A stretch of DNA of 64,000 bases from assembly GCA_965235115.1 (NCBI GenBank), contig OZ249448.1, positions 3,410,001 through 3,474,000 on the forward strand, read 5' to 3'. Shown here one piece after another: positions 58,010-64,000 of the stretch; within the stretch, counting starts at the first letter, position 1, and every line of letters starts with the position of its first letter. Position numbers and translations under genes: made by a program. The notes under the pieces are model-generated. The model made no database searches, was not told where the DNA came from, and saw nothing but the letters and a program-made list of their open reading frames with translations. The stretch comes from Laetmonice hystrix. Taxonomy: Eukaryota.

Positions 58010-60761
58010 ATGTCAGCGGGGCTGATTCTTAGTCGAGTGGCAAGCATGCTGATGCTGAGCGGCATTTTCATCAAGAACAAGGACCGATCGAGATGGAAGA
58101 ACGTTCTTTTAGCAATCTACAGCATCATGATCCTTTTCGGCTATCTTTATACTGCAGGAAGATTTGTTTATTATATTGCAATCTCGACTGAGGGATTCAG
58201 TGGTGCCAAGTTATATTTAGTTCATTATACCATCGGCCAGTTCACCGTGTTCTCCTTTTATCTGGCTATACAAATGGCGGGGACTTGTCCTCAGACGTTT
58301 TCGAAGTCTTTTGACAAGGAAATGAACAGAGAAGAATTAATGCCCAATGGTGAAGGTCTCGATCTCAAGAACGTGGAAAGGGCATCTCTGGTGTGCTTAG
58401 TGGCCAATGTCGTCTCCTCAATTCTAGTTGTAGTCGGTCGGTCACTGGCTTACTTTGTATTCTCCGTAGAGATAACTGTGGATCCCGTGTTGCCAATACC
58501 TCCAGTGTTTGATGCACCTTGGATGATCGTCCTTAAGGCAGTTAACATAATCATCGACCAATTAGAAGTCTCCCTCTGCTTTGCAATGTTCGCAACGGTC
58601 ATATTCATTTGTGTCCTCCTTTCGAAGGCCTTTGAAAGATTCATGAAAAAGATCACCTCAGCGGGAACGGGATGGAATTCCGACTTGGAGATTGAAAACA
58701 TGCGCTTGCATTACGAGGAGCTCATTCACCTTACAAACGTAGCTGATTCAATGTTGAGAGGTTGTGTCGCAGTGTTGTTTCTGTCAGTGATGACACAAAT
58801 GTGTTTTTTAATCTTTGGTCTTAGTCAAACGGACAGCTATGATGGGATCCAGAACATGTCGGCAGTTCAGGCTGTTTTCTCGATGATCTCGGTATTTGTC
58901 GTTTGGAGCTCCTGCGTTAAGGTGCATGAGGCTGTAAGTTGAACCAACTGACAATTATTTTCGTTAAGGGGAAACAGCAAGAATAGCCTCAGGCAATCCC
59001 CAAACAAACATTGTTATATAACAGTACCCATGAACTGTGTAAAATTTAGTGAATACGTTGGTACATAATTATTCTTGAAGTGGTAATTGTTGCAAGCCTG
59101 AGAAGCGGGTAGCCTCCCTAATCTAGATTTGGGAATGATAAATAACACAGGTGCCTTCTGCCAAATATGGACCGAATTGGAAAGAAAAGAATTACTTTAT
59201 TCAACTTTGGGCAAACTCTAAGGAAACTTCATACCAATGTATTGCTTAATATAACAGTCAGGATTAAACCATTAGTTACGTATATTTTTTGTTTGGGTTT
59301 TAGAGAAGGTGACTGCTGCATTGGTATCTAGCCTATGTCTTTTGATCTCATATAAGTCTTAGTATGAACAACCTCTAATCAAGTTTATTTTAGACACACC
59401 CTCTGGGAACATTTGTATACAGTCAGTGTACTGCCGTGAAATGACAAAAGGAAGCAAGTCCAAACGTAAGTTTCGAGAAATGGACATAAACAAGTTGTCT
59501 CTACAGTGCAGTGGGATGGACATACTTCCTTCTGTCATGTGACTGATAACTTTATAGAAGAATATTTAGCAGAAATACACCCATTGATAGATAGGGCTTA
59601 CTTCTCTGAATCCAAATTTACACTTAAGTCGATTTTGATGAAAGTTGGACTTGCTTCCTTTTGTCATTTCACGGCAGTGTAGGTCTAGGTGGACAACCGA
59701 TCCACTCTGTATTATTAGTCGCATGTCCTAATTTTGAGATCTCCCCATCGGCAGGCCTCTCGTCCCCTTGATGAGCTGTACAGACGCAAACTCTGCTCCC
59801 TCCCAGAGAACTGTGTTCCTCAGGTAACGTCCAGGTTTTATTTGGAGAGTTGTATTGAGCAATGGCATCCTGGAGCAATATGTCTGGCCAGCAGGCAGGA
59901 GTCCCACCAATAGCTAATGGCCTCATCAGCTTGCAAGGGAGTTGGGGGGGGGGGGCTTGACCCCTCTTCTCCACTGCTTCCAACGGATGTGGCCTTAAAG
60001 AAATTAAGAGTTCTTATGAAAATATGGCCATTTGAGAATATTATGTAACCCACTGTACTGATAAGGAATTCTTTCCTTTTCAGATTCAGATGTTCATCAG
60101 TCGCCTTCAGGGGACCCCGGTTGGGATCACTGCTGCAGGGTTCTTTCTCGTTAACAAACAGCTCCTTGTTTCCGTACGTATTTCTCTGATTAAGCACTTA
60201 ACTGGAAACTCTCTATGCCTATTTCCAGTCGTATATGAAAAGATAATAGGGGATTCTTCCCGGGGGTCTTTCCGCATAGTATTCTCATCCAGAATAGATA
60301 TCATGACTGAACAAGTTTTAACTAGAAATTGCCCAGTTGGGCGGAAGCTATCACCTTTTGGGAATTGTACAGTTAGCAAATGACGGCTAATTGTTTTAAA
60401 GCTACAAGTAGGTGTGCGTGATACTGTAGAAAGACTGAAACTCATAAAGCAGTATACTATGAACCCCTCTAAAAACAAAGAATGCAAACTATATTGTGAT
60501 AGGCTATGACAGTCAACTCTCACTGTAGTAAGCATCTGGCTGCGAGTGTTCCACCGCCCGACACACACACTTGGGGTGACTGCATCTTTTGACAAAGAAA
60601 AGTTTATTTTTCAGATTGTGGGGACGATCCTGGCCTACACCATTGTCGTTTTCCAGTTCCAACCGGAAACAACCCGTGGGTGTGACCCTAATCCGGCGGC
60701 AGTCCAAAATGTAACCGACTCAACATTTTCCGACCTTGACCCAACTACTTTGCCCTACTAG
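58010..60761 (+). CDS. GRL gene 8, 409 aa
   Basis: Exons 58010-58933, 59755-59823, 60084-60173, 60615-60761; intact frame. Confidence 0.9.
59431..59677. mobile_element. 247-bp MITE in GRL8 intron 1
   Basis: Perfect 33-bp TIR CTGCCGTGAAATGACAAAAGGAAGCAAGTCCAA; TGTA on both flanks; absent from the paralogous introns. Confidence 0.85.
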
Positions 60762-61438
60762 TATTTAGGGAAGCACCTTATTTTTAAAAACTCGTGCATT
60801 AAGAATGCTACGGTCTAGTTCTTGTTTCTAAATTGCAAAACAGTGCCCCTTTATTGACCCTTAAAAGTGACTAGTCATGATGGTCGCCCCTTTGGGATTA
60901 GGGTTAGAACAGTATAGTCAGCTCCGACCCTGTCCCTTTGTAACAGGCGACGAAAGGGGCTTGGAATTGGACAGGGAATTGGTTGAGTGTTGGATTGCAG
61001 AACGATTTGTTAACCCAGCTCCCCCCCCCCCTCCCGCCGCAACGAAATCACAGATAAATATTAAGGGACAAAATACAACCACCTCAAGTTGACACTACAG
61101 ACTTTTTTGGAAGTCATTCCCGAAAAATGATAGTCACTTTTAAAGGAGCAAAATGGAATGAAAATGGAATGGAATCATTCAGTTTACAGGGGACAGTTAT
61201 GTTTTTTAGACTAAATAAACAGAACCTGAGAGACCAGCATAGTTTACAAATTTCTAGTCTCTGATGTACACAGCAATTCACTACAATACAGAATGAACTG
61301 TCTGACTTGATTCTATAGGTAATCTATGAGCATCTTAAGTGTAATACTTGGAAATAAAGTTACTGTACTCTTTGACTTCATGGTAGAATTTTCCCTACAA
61401 CCCATATTTTGTTTGATTCCAGCGTTTTGAATTACTTA

Positions 61439-62650
61439 AGGACCGCCTACACTAAGCCGATCTTTTTCACCCGACCGACCGACCGATCTTCACCCGACCG
61501 ACAAGTTTGGGGGAAGACCGGGTGGAAAGTTCGGGTGAGAATTTTCCTTGGCATAAGACCCGAATGAGAATTCGGGTGACAGTTCGGGCCGATCACCCGA
61601 CCATTACTGCACTAAAGGCCCAGATATACACATATCGATTTACGGCCGATTTTGAGATACGATCGATTTTTCTACATAGTTTTCTAACCGAACCCGGCCC
61701 TTGCAGTAATTAAAAAATACTGTGTAGATAGTTTAAAAAAAAATCTGAACTCAGCGGAGCCCGACCGCCTGACCACTTCAGAATGTTTTGAGCTGGTCGG
61801 ATGGTCATCCGACCTCCATCCGAATTCAGGTGAAAGTTCAGGCCGATCACCCGACCATTGCTACACTAAAGGCCCGGCCACACAGAGCCGACTACCCCCA
61901 ACCCGATGGTCGGAGGCCCGGGGGGTCAAAATTGGCCAACTACTCAGTCAGTCTGATATATGCCCAACCATGCCACACTGAATGCTATCCAAAAGTTGGG
62001 AGTGGGATGCCACACTAGCGACACCACTCGTGACCAGTATATACTATTGTAACTATTCATTCCCCTAGCGGTAGTTCCCACTCCGCCATGTTGTTTGTGT
62101 TGTCCTGCTCGCAGGGTATCTTGGGAGTAGCGTTTGTATGGTGCGCGCTGTGATTGGCTGGTAAGCAGCCCAACCTTTGAGTCTGGTCGGTAGGTATGCC
62201 ACACAGGCCCGACAAGGCCTGACCAGACCAAACCGTTTGGTCGCTCATCTTGTGCAGGACAAGATGAACGACCGGACTGGTCAGTCGGTGAAAAACACCC
62301 GACTACGGCCGACTGACCATGCCAGACAGGGCCGACTACCCCCGACTCGACTCCCCCAGACCATCGGGTCGGGGGTAGTCAGCTCTGTGTGGCCGGGCCT
62401 TAACCAGACCGACCACCCGGACTCCGCTCGAACTCCGCCCGATCGCCCGATCACAAAGTTCAGGCGAAGATCGGCTTAGTGTAACAAGGCCGAGTAGGTC
62501 GGATGGCCATCCGACCTCCACCCAAATTCGGGGGACAGTTCGGGCCGATCATCCGACCATTGCTACACTTACCCGACCGACCAACCGAACTCCACCTGAT
62601 CGCCCGATCACCAAAGTTCGGGTGAAGATCGGCTTAGTGTAACAAGGGCT
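61439..62650. mobile_element. 1.2-kb non-autonomous PIF/Harbinger-like element upstream of GRL9
   Basis: TTA TSD at 61436-61438 and 62651-62653; ends AGGACCGCCTACACTAAGCCGATCTT and (reverse complement) AGCCCTTGTTACACTAAGCCGATCTT; many CCGACC/GGTCGG subterminal repeats; an extra internal copy of the right end near 62468-62490. Confidence 0.78.
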
Positions 62651-63368
62651 TTAGAGTAACCATTTACATATACATTGTTCAAATAAAATATATTACTGTT
62701 ATAACAGTATAGTAGATGATGACCGCATCCTTTCCTTAGCTTTCTTCCCATGGCACACCAACACGCCGGCCATCTTAAACATTCCATAGAAACCAATATA
62801 ATTTTCCAACCTATCAAAGGCCGAGGGAAACCAAGCGATTCCTTGAGATGCAACGCCATCATAGCTACCTTTCTGTAAAACATGTTCACAACAGATTTAT
62901 TTCCCAATAGGCCAAGGTTGCATCGATCTAAATTAGTAATGACAAATAAATGTCTTGAATATAGAGTTTGGCCAATCAAATTTTAGAATGTTAGCGACTG
63001 CAAAAAATATTCTATGTGCATCAGTAGACCGTCACCTATTCTGGTTGTAAATATTTATGCAAACCATCAGTCAACCAAATACACGGCTGGCCGAAGTGGA
63101 TAATGTTTAGATATTCTCTTGTTGCTATGGTTTCAATGGGCAAAGTGAACTTTGTGGCAGACTGGGCCTGCCTTGCCCATTAGTGACGGCGAATACATTC
63201 ATGCTTAAGCAAAGAACCTTCTATTCACAAACATAACCAGAATGTGTTGTTTCACAAACATGTCCGACCGTTTGCACAGATCATTTCAGCGATTATAATC
63301 TTGTTACGTTCTGCTTTATATAGAGTCAAGGTCTGTTTATACTCAGAGTCGTCGGAACGAGTTCCAGA

Positions 63369-64000
63369 ATGTCAGCGGGGCTGATTCTTCGTCGAGTGGC
63401 AAGCATGCTGATGCTAAGTGGGGTTTTCATCAAGAGCAAGGACCGATCGAGATGGAAGGACGTTCTTTTGGCAATCTACTGCATCATGATCCTTTTCGGC
63501 TATCTCCTTACTGCGGGAAGATTAGTTTTTTATCTTGCAATCTCCACTGAGGCATTCAGTGGGGTCAAGTTATATTTAGTGCATTATACCATCGGAGTTT
63601 TCACCATGTTCTTGATCTATCTGGCTATACAAATGGCGGGGACTTGCCTTCAGACTTTTTTGGAATCTTTTGACAAGGAAATGAACAGAGAAGAAATAAT
63701 GCCCAATGGCGAAGGTCTCGATCTCAGGAATGTGGAAAGGGCATCTCTGGTGTTTTTAGTAGTCAATGTCGTCTCCTCAATTCTAGTCGTAGTCAGTCAG
63801 TCACTGGCTTACTTTGGATTCCGCAGAGCGACACCTCTGGATCCCTTGTTCTCAATACGGCCAGGGTTTGATACACCTTGGATGATCGGCCTTCAGGCAG
63901 TTGACATAATCATCTCACAGTTACGAATCGTTCTCTACTTCGCGGTGCTTGCAATGGTCATATTCACATGTATTCTCCTACTGAAGGCCTTTGAAAGATT
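63369..64000 (+). CDS. GRL gene 9 (5' part of exon 1; truncated by the window end)
   Basis: ATG at 63369; MSAGLILRRVASMLMLSGVFIKSKDRSRWKDVLL...FRRATPLDPLFSIRPGFDTPW...LKAFER, open to the window edge. Confidence 0.88.
   Translation, partial: MSAGLILRRVASMLMLSGVFIKSKDRSRWKDVLLAIYCIMILFGYLLTAGRLVFYLAISTEAFSGVKLYLVHYTIGVFTMFLIYLAIQMAGTCLQTFLESFDKEMNREEIMPNGEGLDLRNVERASLVFLVVNVVSSILVVVSQSLAYFGFRRATPLDPLFSIRPGFDTPWMIGLQAVDIIISQLRIVLYFAVLAMVIFTCILLLKAFER

Noticed and set aside
33970-62979. Recurrent short ORFs repeated in every GRL unit (MFSISKSEF..., MVAKYAW..., MSIRCSH..., MIGQTLYS...)
   Set aside because: Antisense or intronic by-products of the duplicated unit; lengths and frames vary between copies, so there is no sign of coding constraint.

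Overview
Animal (invertebrate, probably non-arthropod; taxon not determinable from the sequence) genomic DNA with spliceosomal introns and a 144-N gap at 445-588. Most ORF-track entries are spurious or run into introns, so the genes below were rebuilt by hand from GT-AG junctions and frame continuity. (1) 4.1-7.3 kb: tandem array of 7 intact tRNA-Gln(TTG) genes, followed by an eighth relic whose anticodon reads TTA and is split by a TTAA-flanked Kolobok-type element. (2) 9.9-18.7 kb (+): MORN3, 5 coding exons, 239 aa, with an RFX X-box. It carries a second, paralogous 151-nt first coding exon and a ~3.5-kb intronic minisatellite built from the exon-3 end plus its own 5' splice site. (3) 20.7-24.5 kb (-): a 4-exon gene for a secreted 768-aa vibriolysin/pseudolysin-type M4 zinc metalloprotease. 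It has a gammaproteobacterial domain architecture but real introns, so it is a candidate domesticated horizontal transfer. (4) 26.9-64 kb (+): a head-to-tail array of at least 9 four-exon gustatory-receptor-like (GRL, 7TM ion channel) genes. One has lost its exon-1 donor, one is cut by the window edge, and the copies are mosaic. Also present: a decayed Gypsy pol, several MITEs, and two different Harbinger-like elements inserted at the same TTA of paralogous GRL upstream regions.
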